In this document: in pieces, positions 1-9,243 of the stretch
How the letters are laid out: each line of letters begins with the position of its first letter
Numbering within the stretch: position 1 is the stretch's first letter
Assembly (NCBI GenBank): GCA_034429745.1
Contig: DAOUFY010000108.1
Span: 4,136 to 68,135 of the forward strand
DNA: 64,000 bases
DNA from: Anaerolineales bacterium
GTDB lineage: Bacteria; Chloroflexota; Anaerolineae; Anaerolineales; DRKV01
Direction of reading: 5' to 3'
The notes under the pieces: generated by a model
Told to the model about the DNA's origin: nothing
Databases searched by the model: none
The model's input: only the letters and a program-made list of their open reading frames with translations
Position numbers and translations under genes: made by a program

Positions 1-483
1 ACGACCGAAAAAGCTTCTAGAAAGCAAGCACCTGCTTCGCCAGCTAATTGGTGGGCAGCTATTGGTGTTGGGGTGATTGTGCTGTTTCTATCTATAGTAA
101 TAAATATAGGTATATTAGCAGCATTGAATGGAGGCCTGCGCTATGTTTCTGTGTCAGAGTTTGTTGTTGCAAGGCAAGAGGTTGATTCGATCGGAGATCG
201 TTTGCAAGGAATCCGCAGCAATTTAGGATCTCTGCAGGAACGGTTGGATAACTTGCAAGGATTAAGTGGACGAATGGACAATCTCGAAAGCAATCAGAAA
301 GACTTACAGAATCAGCTTGCTGAAAGCATGAACGAAATTAAACAAGTTCAGTCCAACGTCGAAGATATATCGAAGGAAATCGAACAATTATCTGATCAAG
401 TGCAAGAAGCTCAGAAACGAGCCGTACTTTTTGAAGACTTTGTTTCGGGACTTAGAAAATTGTTGGAGACGCTCCAACCATAG
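1..483 (+). CDS. Membrane-anchored coiled-coil protein, 5'-truncated by the window edge
   Basis: Frame 1 is open from base 1 with no stop before the tracked Met at 73, so the ORF probably enters from upstream. It has a hydrophobic segment (WWAAIGVGVIVLFLSIVINIGILAAL) followed by a Q/E/L-rich heptad-like region. No family recognised. Confidence 0.5.
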   Translation, partial: TTEKASRKQAPASPANWWAAIGVGVIVLFLSIVINIGILAALNGGLRYVSVSEFVVARQEVDSIGDRLQGIRSNLGSLQERLDNLQGLSGRMDNLESNQKDLQNQLAESMNEIKQVQSNVEDISKEIEQLSDQVQEAQKRAVLFEDFVSGLRKLLETLQP

Positions 484-543
484 ACCTTATTATACTAAGA
501 TACCAACGGGTAACTATTATATTTATATATAGGAGGAAAAGCA

Positions 544-981
544 ATGGATGAATTCATGAAAGCAGCCATAGAAGAAGCTAAATTAGGCTTGCAAGAAGGG
601 GGCATACCGATCGGTTCGGTATTGGTGATTGATGGAAAGATTGTCGGCAGAGGGCATAACCGGCGCGTCCAAAAAGGAAGTGCGATTCTGCATGCAGAGA
701 TGGATTGCATTGAAAATGCCGGTCGTCTAAAGGCTAAGGATTACCAGCGGGCAGTACTTTATTCCACGCTTTCCCCGTGTGATATGTGCAGCGGGACTGC
801 TTTGTTATATAAAATTCCAAAGATTGTCATTGGCGAGAACAAAACGTTTCAAGGACCTGAAGAGTATTTGCGCTCGCGGGGTGTGGAATTGGTCATATTA
901 AACAATGAGGAATGCATTAAACTTATGGAGGACTTCATTGCTGCTCGACCAGAGTTGTGGAATGAGGATATTGGTGTGTAA
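544..981 (+). CDS. Cytosine deaminase, yeast FCY1-like (CDA/dCMP deaminase zinc-binding fold)
   Basis: 145 aa. Zinc-deaminase signature HAEMDCIENAG ... LSPCDMCSG. Near end-to-end resemblance to yeast-type cytosine deaminase, including GRGHNxRxQKGSA and the C-terminal WNEDIG. AGGAGG Shine-Dalgarno (SD) sequence just upstream. Confidence 0.85.
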   Translation: MDEFMKAAIEEAKLGLQEGGIPIGSVLVIDGKIVGRGHNRRVQKGSAILHAEMDCIENAGRLKAKDYQRAVLYSTLSPCDMCSGTALLYKIPKIVIGENKTFQGPEEYLRSRGVELVILNNEECIKLMEDFIAARPELWNEDIGV

Positions 982-1086
982 TTTTGGGATTGGTATGAGA
1001 GAGGAGGTGATGAAAAAAGGGCTTTGTGATTTTTTTCTTGATAAGCTAAACTATGGGCTAAATTTTGAAAAGATAAGGAGAGAAAT

Positions 1087-2106
1087 ATGTTGAAAAGAAC
1101 CGTTTACTTAGTTTTGGTAAGTCTCATATTGCTGTCTATTGTTGCTGCTGCTTGTTCGGCGCCTGCAACTCCAGCTCCTAAAGCTGAAAAGAAGTTAAAG
1201 GTATTTGGGGCATTTGCGACTCCTATTGAAGAGCCGTGGGATGGAGTAATTCATGCAGCTCTTCAAAAAGCTAAAGAGGAAGGCAAGATCGAATATACTT
1301 ATACCGAAAACATCGGTTATGCGGGTGACATGGAGCGTGTATTGCGCGAAGTGTGCGAGCAGCAAAAGCCGGATTTAATCATGGGGGATGCTTTCGGGAA
1401 TGAAGAAGCTGTTCGACGCGTAGCGAAGGATTACCCTGAGATTGCCTTTGCCTTTGGTTCAGGGTTAGGTCCTACGGAACCAAATGTTGCGGTATTTGAC
1501 AACTGGATTCATGAACCGGCATATTTGCTTGGTATGCTGGCTGGAGGTTTAACCAAGACGAATAAAGTTGGGGTTGTAGGTGGCTATCCTGTACCGGAAG
1601 TAAACCGTCTTGTTAATGCTTTTATTGCCGGAGCTAAAGAAGTGAATCCGGATGTTACCGTGCTGGTTACATTCATCAATAGTTGGTTCGATCCGGCAGC
1701 GGCAAAAGAAGCTGCTATAGCCCAAATTGACAACGGCGCAGATGTGTTGTTTGCGGAACGTTTCGGTGTCATTGAAGCAGCTGCGGAAAAGGGCTTGTGG
1801 GCATTTGGGAATATGTCTGACCAAAATTCACTTGCGCCAGATTATGTCGTAAGCAGCGCAGTGTGGAACATGAAACCAACGGTTGATTATCTCATCCAGC
1901 AGGTATCAGCGGGAACTTTTGTTGCGCAAGATTTGAAGGACTTCAGCATGGTAGCCAAAGGTGGAGCTAGCTTAGCTCCATTCCATAACACAGAATCTAA
2001 GCTCCCGCCAGATTTGGTCAAGAAGGTAAGAGAACGTGAAGCACAAATCAAGGATGGTAGCTTTAGAGTAGATATTGATGAAGCGCAACCTCAGCCAGTG
2101 AATTAA
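1087..2106 (+). CDS. BMP-family (PnrA-like) ABC transporter substrate-binding lipoprotein, probable nucleoside binding
   Basis: Signal peptide with lipobox (IVAAAC|S). The length and motifs are typical of basic-membrane-protein family binding proteins. It is followed by a two-domain ATPase and two permeases. Confidence 0.85.
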   Translation: MLKRTVYLVLVSLILLSIVAAACSAPATPAPKAEKKLKVFGAFATPIEEPWDGVIHAALQKAKEEGKIEYTYTENIGYAGDMERVLREVCEQQKPDLIMGDAFGNEEAVRRVAKDYPEIAFAFGSGLGPTEPNVAVFDNWIHEPAYLLGMLAGGLTKTNKVGVVGGYPVPEVNRLVNAFIAGAKEVNPDVTVLVTFINSWFDPAAAKEAAIAQIDNGADVLFAERFGVIEAAAEKGLWAFGNMSDQNSLAPDYVVSSAVWNMKPTVDYLIQQVSAGTFVAQDLKDFSMVAKGGASLAPFHNTESKLPPDLVKKVREREAQIKDGSFRVDIDEAQPQPVN

Positions 2107-2174
2107 CTCTAGTAAATTAGGGAAGGATGTACTGTGTTGAGGGCTGAATAGTATTATATTGAAGGAGAAAAAGG

Positions 2175-2211
2175 CTGTCGCCGCCTTTAGGCGGCGACAG
2201 GTGGTTTTTTT
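2175..2211 (+). terminator. Intrinsic terminator/attenuator between the binding-protein gene and the ABC ATPase
   Basis: Perfect 10-bp GC-rich stem CTGTCGCCGC / GCGGCGACAG (2175-2184 / 2191-2200) with a 6-nt loop, followed by GTGG and a T7 run. Confidence 0.7.
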
Positions 2212-2224
2212 GTGAGGTAGCTGC

Positions 2225-3748
2225 ATGGTTGCTGTACAATTGCGAGGGATTGTAAAACGGTTTGGAGATTTGGTGGCTAACAATGCCATAGATTTTGAAT
2301 TGTTAAATGGAGAAATTCACGCTCTTCTGGGAGAAAATGGCGCCGGCAAGACAACATTGATGAGAATATTATATGGGTTATACCATGCTGACAGCGGTGA
2401 GATCTTTGTGCGTGGAGAGAAGGTGCATATTGCTTCCCCAAGAGATGCGATTCGGCTGGGAATTGGCATGGTGACCCAACATTTTACTCTTGTCCCGACT
2501 CTGACGGTGGCTGAAAATATTATTTTAGCTGAGACTAAAGGGTTTATTCTGAATAAAAAAGAAATTCAAGCACGCGTTGCAAAGGCGGCTGAGCAATTTG
2601 GCATCGCGGTTGATCCAAATGCTTTAGTAAAACACCTTTCTGTCGGAGAAAAGCAGCGGGTAGAAATTCTCAAGGCTTTGTATCATAATGCGCGTATTCT
2701 TATACTGGATGAACCGACGGCGGTGTTAGTTCCACAAGAAGTAGAGGTTTTATTTGAATCGCTGGAAAAGCTGCGTAAAGATGGATTGTCTATCATCTTT
2801 ATCAGCCATAAGCTAAATGAAGTGATGAGGATTTGCGATCGGATCTCAGTCCTAAGGAATGGCAACCTCATTGCCACAGTTAACAAGAATGAGACTAATC
2901 CGCGTTTGTTAGCTCAAATGATGGTTGGCAGAGAAGACTTTGGAGTCAAGCGAGCGGTTGAGCATAAGCCAGGGAAAAGGTTGCTTGTTGTAGAGAACGT
3001 CAGTGTATTCGATAGAAAGGGGTTACCAGCATTGAAGGATGTGAGCTTTGAAGTGCACGCCGGGGAAATATTAGGAGTTGCTGGAGTATCTGGCAATGGG
3101 CAATCAGAACTTTCTCAAGTACTTTCTGGGATGTTAAAACCGAATAGCGGCAGAATTATCGTTGACAACCAAGAACTTACCGCTGCTCAGCCGGCACAGT
3201 TTACCGCAGCTAAAGCTTGCTGTATCCCTGAGGATCGGCACACAGCAGTGGTAAATGAATTAAGTGTGGCAGAAAATATAGCTCTGCCTCATCTAGATTC
3301 GTTTTCTTCTTTTGGTTTTCTTGATTATAAAGAAATGAAAGAAAACGCTCAGCGGCTTATAGAAGATTATCAAATTAAAGCCAAGTGCGACGATTGCATT
3401 CGCACCCTTTCGGGGGGAAACATGCAAAAAGTGATCCTTGCTCGTACGTTTTCACAACACCCTAAAGTGGTTATTGCGTCACAGCCAACGCGAGGGTTAG
3501 ACGTAGGAGCAACGGACTACGTTCGCAGCAAGCTATTGGAGCAGCGCGATCGAGGAGCAGCGGTGCTGCTTATTTCAGAAGATTTAGATGAAATACTTGC
3601 ACTTTCTGATCGAATCGCGGTAATTTATGAAGGGAAAATTATGGGTATTGTCTCAGCAAAGGATGTGAATATTGAACAATTGGGATTAATGATGTCAGGA
3701 AGCTTGACATTAAGCGGGGAGGTACAGCATGTTGGGATTTCGGATTGA
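2225..3748 (+). CDS. ABC transporter ATP-binding protein with duplicated ATPase domains (sugar/nucleoside type)
   Basis: Walker A GENGAGKTT, signature LSVGEKQR, Walker B ILILDEPT. The second half has LSGGNMQK and a degenerate P-loop (GVSGNGQSE), as is usual in this family. Confidence 0.9.
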   Translation: MVAVQLRGIVKRFGDLVANNAIDFELLNGEIHALLGENGAGKTTLMRILYGLYHADSGEIFVRGEKVHIASPRDAIRLGIGMVTQHFTLVPTLTVAENIILAETKGFILNKKEIQARVAKAAEQFGIAVDPNALVKHLSVGEKQRVEILKALYHNARILILDEPTAVLVPQEVEVLFESLEKLRKDGLSIIFISHKLNEVMRICDRISVLRNGNLIATVNKNETNPRLLAQMMVGREDFGVKRAVEHKPGKRLLVVENVSVFDRKGLPALKDVSFEVHAGEILGVAGVSGNGQSELSQVLSGMLKPNSGRIIVDNQELTAAQPAQFTAAKACCIPEDRHTAVVNELSVAENIALPHLDSFSSFGFLDYKEMKENAQRLIEDYQIKAKCDDCIRTLSGGNMQKVILARTFSQHPKVVIASQPTRGLDVGATDYVRSKLLEQRDRGAAVLLISEDLDEILALSDRIAVIYEGKIMGIVSAKDVNIEQLGLMMSGSLTLSGEVQHVGISD

Positions 3749-4781
3749 AAAAGCTCCTGCCCCTATATGGGTTCGTTTTCTTATACCTATTATGGGCGTG
3801 ATAATAACGTTTATTCTAACATCGGTATTAATTCTTTGGGCTGGAGCTAATCCTTTTGAAGCATATTATTACTTTCTTATTGCACCGCTATCCAGTCATG
3901 TTAGTGCGATAGAGGTTTTAGTTAAATCTACCCCATTATTGCTGACCGGCGCAGCAGTTACTTTTGCATTTTCAGCGAATTTTTGGAATATTGGAGCTGA
4001 GGGGCAAATGATTGCCGGAGCTATGGTAGCTGCGTGGCTGGGTATAGTTTTAAAAGATGTTTCCCCCGCTGTTGGAATTCCAGCAATGATTGTAGGTGGG
4101 TTTATTGGAGGAGTACTGTGGGTACTTATCCCGGCAGTCCTTAAGGTGAAACTTGAAGTAGATGAAGTAGTAACGACTCTGTTGATGAATTCTGTGATTC
4201 TTTTTATTGTTAGTTACTTTCTAAATGGTCCTTGGCGCGATCCCATATCCGGCTGGCCTCAATCGCCTGAGATAGCCTCGGGAACGATGTTTGTGAAGCT
4301 GATTCCACGCACAAGATTGCATTTGGGTTTCGTAATAGCTCTATTTGTGATATTGCTTGAATGGCTTGTACTGACTCGGACGACTTTTGGCTTGCGCATG
4401 CGTGCTGTTGGTCTGGGTAAAGAAGCGGCTCGCTTTTCGGGCATCAATATCCAACGAACAATGCTCATTTCAGCCTTGGTCAGTGGTGGAATCGCTGCTG
4501 TAGCCGGAGCAGGAGAAGTAGCGGGTATTCATTATCACCTTATAGAAGCGATATCCGGTGGTATAGGTTATAGCGGTATTATTATTGCAACTTTAGCAGG
4601 ACTAAACCCATTAGGGGTTATTCCAGCAGCTTTATTTATTGGTTTGATTGACACAGGAGCACAGTCAGTCAGCCGTTCCCTAGGTGTGCCGATTTATTTA
4701 GGAGATGTTGTGCAAGCTGCACTATTATTAGTTGTGTTGGCACTTTTTGTTTTACAGAATTATCGCATTCGGAGAGCATGA
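3729..4781 (+). CDS. ABC transporter permease
   Basis: 350 aa polytopic membrane protein. It overlaps the ATPase gene by 20 nt and the next permease by ATGA. Confidence 0.85.
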   Translation: MLGFRIEKAPAPIWVRFLIPIMGVIITFILTSVLILWAGANPFEAYYYFLIAPLSSHVSAIEVLVKSTPLLLTGAAVTFAFSANFWNIGAEGQMIAGAMVAAWLGIVLKDVSPAVGIPAMIVGGFIGGVLWVLIPAVLKVKLEVDEVVTTLLMNSVILFIVSYFLNGPWRDPISGWPQSPEIASGTMFVKLIPRTRLHLGFVIALFVILLEWLVLTRTTFGLRMRAVGLGKEAARFSGINIQRTMLISALVSGGIAAVAGAGEVAGIHYHLIEAISGGIGYSGIIIATLAGLNPLGVIPAALFIGLIDTGAQSVSRSLGVPIYLGDVVQAALLLVVLALFVLQNYRIRRA

Positions 4782-5698
4782 TGGAAGTGGATATTTTTCT
4801 TATCGGGTTAATTGCAGCAACACTGCGGGTGGCTACCCCATTAATATTTGGAACATTAGGAGAATTGTTTGCAGAGCGCGCGGGCGTATTGAATTTGAGC
4901 ATTGAAGGAACGATGTTCCTCGGTGCATTTGTAGGTTTTGCGGTGGCAAGTTTGAGCGGCTCGCTTTGGTTGGGTTTTTTTATTGCTGTCCTTGCTGGGG
5001 CGATCTGCGGATTAGTCATGGCTTTGTTGGCAGTTTGGCTTGGGGTTAATCAACATGTTTCAGGACTTGGGGCGACACTATTGTGGAGTGGTGTATCTCT
5101 TTATGGTTTTCGTTTAGTATTCGGTGAACCTGAAGTACCACCTTCCATACGTCCCTTTGTGCCAATATCACCTTTTGGTGATGTGCCCATTGTAGGTCCA
5201 ATATTCCAACAGCATATCCTTACATATGTTGCTCTTGCTTTAGTACCTATAACTGCTTGGTTGCTGTACCGTACTCGGTTTGGGTTAGCCATCCGTGCAG
5301 TGGGTGAAAATCCGGAAGCAGTAGATGCTGCCGGGTTGAATGTCTATGCTATCCGTACAGTTGCTTTGGTCATTGGCGGGATTTTAATGGCGGCTGGTGG
5401 AGCGTTTCTCGCTTTAGCACAGTTGGGTGCTTTTACATATGGCATTATAGCAGGCAGAGGCTGGGTATGCATTGCTTTGATAATCTTTGCTAATTGGCAT
5501 CCTTGGGGTGTTTTTTGGGGTTCTATACTCTTTGGCGGGATTTCTGCATTGCAACTGCGGTTGCAGGTATCCGGTTTATCATTACCTTATGAATTCTTTT
5601 TAGCTCTACCTTACTTGGTTACCATTCTAGCGTTGGCAATTGCTGGAAGGAATGCTTCAGCTCCTGCTATGCTGTTAAAACCTTATAGACGGGAGTAA
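4778..5698 (+). CDS. ABC transporter permease
   Basis: 306 aa polytopic membrane protein, translationally coupled (ATGA) to the preceding permease. Confidence 0.85.
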   Translation: MMEVDIFLIGLIAATLRVATPLIFGTLGELFAERAGVLNLSIEGTMFLGAFVGFAVASLSGSLWLGFFIAVLAGAICGLVMALLAVWLGVNQHVSGLGATLLWSGVSLYGFRLVFGEPEVPPSIRPFVPISPFGDVPIVGPIFQQHILTYVALALVPITAWLLYRTRFGLAIRAVGENPEAVDAAGLNVYAIRTVALVIGGILMAAGGAFLALAQLGAFTYGIIAGRGWVCIALIIFANWHPWGVFWGSILFGGISALQLRLQVSGLSLPYEFFLALPYLVTILALAIAGRNASAPAMLLKPYRRE

Positions 5699-5740
5699 TA
5701 ACCTTTTCTTTTTATTTACTGATTTTAAGGAAAGTATGTC

Positions 5741-6367
5741 ATGAATCGGCGCAATGAGAAACAAGGATTAGAGGCTTTATTGAAAGCCTTGGCAGAAAAA
5801 CAGCTTCAATCAAGTGCCAAAACGCCTGTTTCATCCTCAACCCATTCAGCTAAAGGGAAATCCGCATCAATTCGGCGCGAGCAGTGGATTAAACATATAG
5901 CCGTCGAGCAGATCAATCGCGAACCATGGGAAGTGCGCCGCCGCTATCGTTACCCTCCAGTCATACCTGAGGATATTGTTCAATCTATCAATACGGGTGT
6001 ATCTAGAGGTGTGCTGGAGCTGGATTCTGATCCAATTGCAGCCAGTTTGGCAGATGCCAATGAAATACGAAAAATGATTGATATGGGGAGGATGGACGCG
6101 TCTGAGCTCCCTTTGTTAAAATATCGAATTGATAAGATTCTTGGATTGACCAAGCGAGAACACCCGCCAGATGGGCGGGAAATGCTTTCCTCATTAGCAT
6201 ATTATTACCGTGGCTCAATAGAGAAACTCAATCAAATACGAGCCGATGCTTTAGCAGATATGATGGATGATTATCAAAGATCGCTGATCACAAAAGAAGA
6301 ATTGGAAAGATATCAACAGGAGCTGAATGAGATTATTGACCAATACTTGCCAGCGCAAGGTAAATAA
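5741..6367 (+). CDS. Hypothetical soluble protein, helical and charged
   Basis: 208-aa ORF with no competing frame and no recognisable motif. It lies directly upstream of the flagellin promoter. Confidence 0.5.
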   Translation: MNRRNEKQGLEALLKALAEKQLQSSAKTPVSSSTHSAKGKSASIRREQWIKHIAVEQINREPWEVRRRYRYPPVIPEDIVQSINTGVSRGVLELDSDPIAASLADANEIRKMIDMGRMDASELPLLKYRIDKILGLTKREHPPDGREMLSSLAYYYRGSIEKLNQIRADALADMMDDYQRSLITKEELERYQQELNEIIDQYLPAQGK

Positions 6368-6406
6368 TGGTTTAATTAATTTACGCATAATTTACGCTTG
6401 AAAAAC

Positions 6407-6433
6407 TAAAGCCTGTATAAAGAAATCCGATAA
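6407..6433 (+). promoter_or_regulatory. Sigma-28 (FliA/SigD)-type promoter for the flagellin gene
   Basis: TAAAGCCT-N11-TCCGATAA compared with the consensus TAAAGTTT-N11-GCCGATAA (that is, TAAA-N15-GCCGATAA). It lies about 100 nt upstream of the flagellin ATG. Confidence 0.6.
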
Positions 6434-6448
6434 GAGGAGTGTAATCAA

Positions 6449-6526
6449 GTTTGCAAGTTTAGTATTTTTGCAAACAAATCAAAAAATCAATGGGGAAGGA
6501 AAACCCCACAAAATTAAACAAGGAGG
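6449..6526 (+). promoter_or_regulatory. Structured flagellin 5' leader: a 5' stem-loop, a GGA-loop hairpin and a GGA-containing SD (CsrA-type sites)
   Basis: Stem GTTTGCAA/TTGCAAAC (6449-6456 / 6468-6475). Hairpin TGGGG-AAGGAAAA-CCCCA (6491-6508) presents GGA in its loop. A second GGA lies in the SD AAGGAGG (6520-6526). Confidence 0.45.
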
Positions 6527-6532
6527 TTTAAA

Positions 6533-7426
6533 ATGGCAAGTGTAGATGTAACTCGTGTAGCAGGGAATATTGGTGCTCTCAATGCGTTGAACTCATTGAA
6601 CTATGTGAATGGTGAGCTGGCATTGCACCAGACTCGATTGGCGACGGGCAAGCGCATTAACTATGCGTATGAGGACCCGGCAGGATTGAACTTAGCGACG
6701 ACCTTTGATGTGCGTAGGCAAGGGCTGCAGGTAGCGTTGAACAGCATTGGAGACTCAAAGAACATGCTAGCGACCGCTGAAGGTGGGTTGCGCAAGATTC
6801 AAGACATATTGGTGAAGATGAAGAACAAGGCAATGGAAGCCATTGGCGACACCATTGGTCAAAGCGAGCGCGATGCTGTTGCTGCCCAGCTTTTGGACTA
6901 CGCCGCAGAAATCAATAACATTGCTGATCAAACTCAATGGAATGCTACTCGTCTGATTTCAGGTTCTGGTGCCAGTGGTTATGGAACTGGTGTTTCACAG
7001 CTTTCGTTCTTGGTGGACTCGTCTGGAGGCAGTGTTGGTTTCAGCTTCACTAATGATTCAAACGGCGGCTTTGGACTGACAGGGTTAGGTTTAACAACCG
7101 GCAGCAGCGGAACAGGTGCAGTCGCAAGAGTAGCTTCAGGTGGTTCTGTGGCATATACTGTTGCTCAAGAAATTGATACAGCTTTAGCTCGTGTCAAGCA
7201 AGGTGTTCGCGAAGTTGGTTCCTTCATGGCAAGACTGACCTTCAAAGAGGATTCTTTAACGGTTCAATATACCAACACAGAAGCAGCCTACAACCGTATT
7301 ATGAATGCTAACATGGCAGAAGAGCAAGTGAACGCCAGCAAGTACGCCATCCTGCAGCAAACGGCTACTGCAATGCTCTCACAAGCTAATGTGGCACCGC
7401 AGTTCATTCTCTCACTATTCAGATAA
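6533..7426 (+). CDS. fliC: Flagellin
   Basis: The N-terminal D0/D1 motifs (NIGALNALNSL ... RLATGKRINYAYEDPAGL ... ATAEGGL) and the C-terminal motif (ILQQTATAMLSQANVAPQFILSLFR) match the conserved flagellin termini. The central region is short and Gly/Ser-rich. Confidence 0.85.
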   Translation: MASVDVTRVAGNIGALNALNSLNYVNGELALHQTRLATGKRINYAYEDPAGLNLATTFDVRRQGLQVALNSIGDSKNMLATAEGGLRKIQDILVKMKNKAMEAIGDTIGQSERDAVAAQLLDYAAEINNIADQTQWNATRLISGSGASGYGTGVSQLSFLVDSSGGSVGFSFTNDSNGGFGLTGLGLTTGSSGTGAVARVASGGSVAYTVAQEIDTALARVKQGVREVGSFMARLTFKEDSLTVQYTNTEAAYNRIMNANMAEEQVNASKYAILQQTATAMLSQANVAPQFILSLFR

Positions 7427-7448
7427 TCATCAGTCAGTATATCATTCT

Positions 7449-7480
7449 GAGAGGGGAGCAAAGTCTATTGCTCCCCTCTC
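7449..7480 (+). terminator. Strong hairpin after flagellin (terminator or 3' stabiliser, no U-tract)
   Basis: 13-bp perfect stem GAGAGGGGAGCAA / TTGCTCCCCTCTC with a 6-nt loop. No T-run follows it. Confidence 0.4.
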
Positions 7481-7486
7481 ATTAGC

Positions 7487-7879
7487 ATGTGGTGCAAGGC
7501 AATGTTATCCTTACTCCCGGAATACATTCCCATGGATGTACTTTTAGGCATAGGATTAGGAACTATTAGCGGGTTATTAGCTGCAATTTTTTTGCCTCTT
7601 GGAGTAAATAAAAACCCCGCTGGATTTGTTGTAGTTATTGCCTTTGTTGGTTCACTTTTTGGATTTTATTTATTAGGAATTTTCCCATTAACGGTTGTCG
7701 TAGTAACTTTAGCTGTCTTAATCTTTTTGTGGGTAACTTTGCCGGTCTGGTTTGGCAAGGTAAAAACTGATAAAGTAATCACAGATATTGAAGAAAGGAT
7801 TGTGGAAGTTGTCTCGCCTGAAGGCAGGCAAGCAGTATTAGAGGAATTAGGTATTGTTCAGCCAATGGAGTTAAAGTGA
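7487..7879 (+). CDS. Small integral membrane protein
   Basis: 130 aa with three or four hydrophobic segments and a charged C-terminal tail. The start is uncertain because alternative in-frame Met codons exist. Confidence 0.5.
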   Translation: MWCKAMLSLLPEYIPMDVLLGIGLGTISGLLAAIFLPLGVNKNPAGFVVVIAFVGSLFGFYLLGIFPLTVVVVTLAVLIFLWVTLPVWFGKVKTDKVITDIEERIVEVVSPEGRQAVLEELGIVQPMELK

Positions 7880-7902
7880 GAGATTGGCTAATCTTGAAAC
7901 CT

Positions 7903-7942
7903 AAAAAGGGATAGGCAGAGGACCTATCCCTTTTTTTATTTT
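7903..7942. terminator. Bidirectional intrinsic terminator between convergent genes
   Basis: An A-run precedes the stem GGGATAGG (7908-7915) / CCTATCCC (7923-7930) and a T7ATTTT tract follows it. It serves the + gene ending at 7879 and pfp ending at 7941. Confidence 0.7.
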
Positions 7943-9161
7943 ATCCTTCGCTGGTCATGATGAACAGAGGCTTCATTTCAAAGGAACGGTATTGCGGGCG
8001 TAATCGCTCGGTGTTGTAATGCTCTTTCACGTTGACCACTTTCTTATGACTGGTTACTACTTCGATGGGCATGTTATCATATCGTCCATTCTTTAGAACC
8101 ACAAGGCGGCCATGTACTTTATTAAGGATAAGGTCTAAAGCTAGATTGCCATAAGCCATCGGCACAATGGAATCGATGGCATCTGGATCACCACTACGTA
8201 CAAGATAGCCTAGTTTTTGTGTAATTGTCTCGACCTTTTTGCCTTTGTTGAACTTTGGTGAAAGTTTTTTAAGTTCAGAAGATACTAGATCACCAATTCC
8301 ACCGAGTTTGGCATGTCCGTACGCGTCTGTTGTACGATCTTGGAACACCATTTCTCCACCTTCAAACATTGCCCCTTCGGAAACAATGACAATAGAGTAG
8401 CGGCTGGGGTTTTGTTCGCGATCGTAAGAAAGCAACTCCGTGAGGTGTTCCATATTGAATTTATATTCTGGTATTACACAGCGGTGAGCAGCGCCAGCCA
8501 TGGTTGGGAGCATAGCAGTGAAGCCAGCGTAGCGACCAAATACTTCAATGACGAGGAAACGTTCATGAGAGCCGGCAGAAGTACGCAAGGTGTTTACCAT
8601 GTTGATCGTCCGAGTAACACAGGTGCTGAAACCAATGCAGTAATCGGTGCCGGGAACGTCGTTATCCATTGTTTTAGGTATCGCGATTACTTTCACGCCT
8701 TCCTGGAACAAACGAACTCCGTAGCTAAGGGTATCATCTCCACCAATGGGAATAAGATAGTCAATGCCTAAGTAGTCAAGATTTTTCAACACTTCAGGAG
8801 TAAGGTCGTTCTTTTCGGCAGTATAGACATCTTTAAGGTGATCGGGAACGTTTTCCTTTGAGACGTTGCTTGGGTTAGTGCGGGAACTGTGCAGAAAAGT
8901 GCCTCCGGTTCTCCCAGCACGATTTACAACATCGCTGGTTAGGTATTGGTAGCAATTGCTGTTGTCAGCGTTTTTGTCGCGTATCATCTCTACCAAACCC
9001 GCCCAGCCGCGGCGAAAACCAATTACTTGGTAACCTTCACGAGCAGCCCGGATGGTTACTGCTCGGATGGCGGGGTTTAATCCAGGCACATCACCACCCC
9101 CGGTCAGGATGCCAATCACCCCTTGTTTCTTTTTTATGTTTACAGTAGGATTAGTCATCAT
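7941..9161 (-). CDS. pfp: Pyrophosphate-dependent 6-phosphofructokinase
   Basis: PFK family motifs GILTGGGDVPGLNPAIR and PKTMDNDV. The GGDDT motif (rather than the GGDGS of ATP-PFK) indicates PPi dependence. Confidence 0.9.
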   Translation of the reverse strand: MMTNPTVNIKKKQGVIGILTGGGDVPGLNPAIRAVTIRAAREGYQVIGFRRGWAGLVEMIRDKNADNSNCYQYLTSDVVNRAGRTGGTFLHSSRTNPSNVSKENVPDHLKDVYTAEKNDLTPEVLKNLDYLGIDYLIPIGGDDTLSYGVRLFQEGVKVIAIPKTMDNDVPGTDYCIGFSTCVTRTINMVNTLRTSAGSHERFLVIEVFGRYAGFTAMLPTMAGAAHRCVIPEYKFNMEHLTELLSYDREQNPSRYSIVIVSEGAMFEGGEMVFQDRTTDAYGHAKLGGIGDLVSSELKKLSPKFNKGKKVETITQKLGYLVRSGDPDAIDSIVPMAYGNLALDLILNKVHGRLVVLKNGRYDNMPIEVVTSHKKVVNVKEHYNTERLRPQYRSFEMKPLFIMTSEG

Positions 9162-9243
9162 TAAACCTCCGAATATAAATAAATCATTATGAAAGAATAA
9201 TAATAATAAAAATAGTGTACTCTCATATTGGAGAGGAATACTA

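Noticed and set aside
905-1093. 62-aa ORF, and possible riboswitch, between the deaminase and the binding-protein gene
   Set aside because: The ORF overlaps the deaminase 3' end in another frame and has no SD. I looked for purine, 2'-dG or preQ1-like riboswitch cores in 982-1086 and saw none.
1972-2289. 105-aa ORF on the - strand spanning the SBP/ATPase junction
   Set aside because: It overlaps the ends of two well-supported + strand genes and the intrinsic terminator hairpin, and has no motif support.
8313-8771. 152-aa ORF on the + strand inside pfp
   Set aside because: It is fully antisense to a strongly supported PPi-PFK gene. Its composition is low-complexity, and it has no SD or recognisable motif. 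It is a typical shadow ORF.
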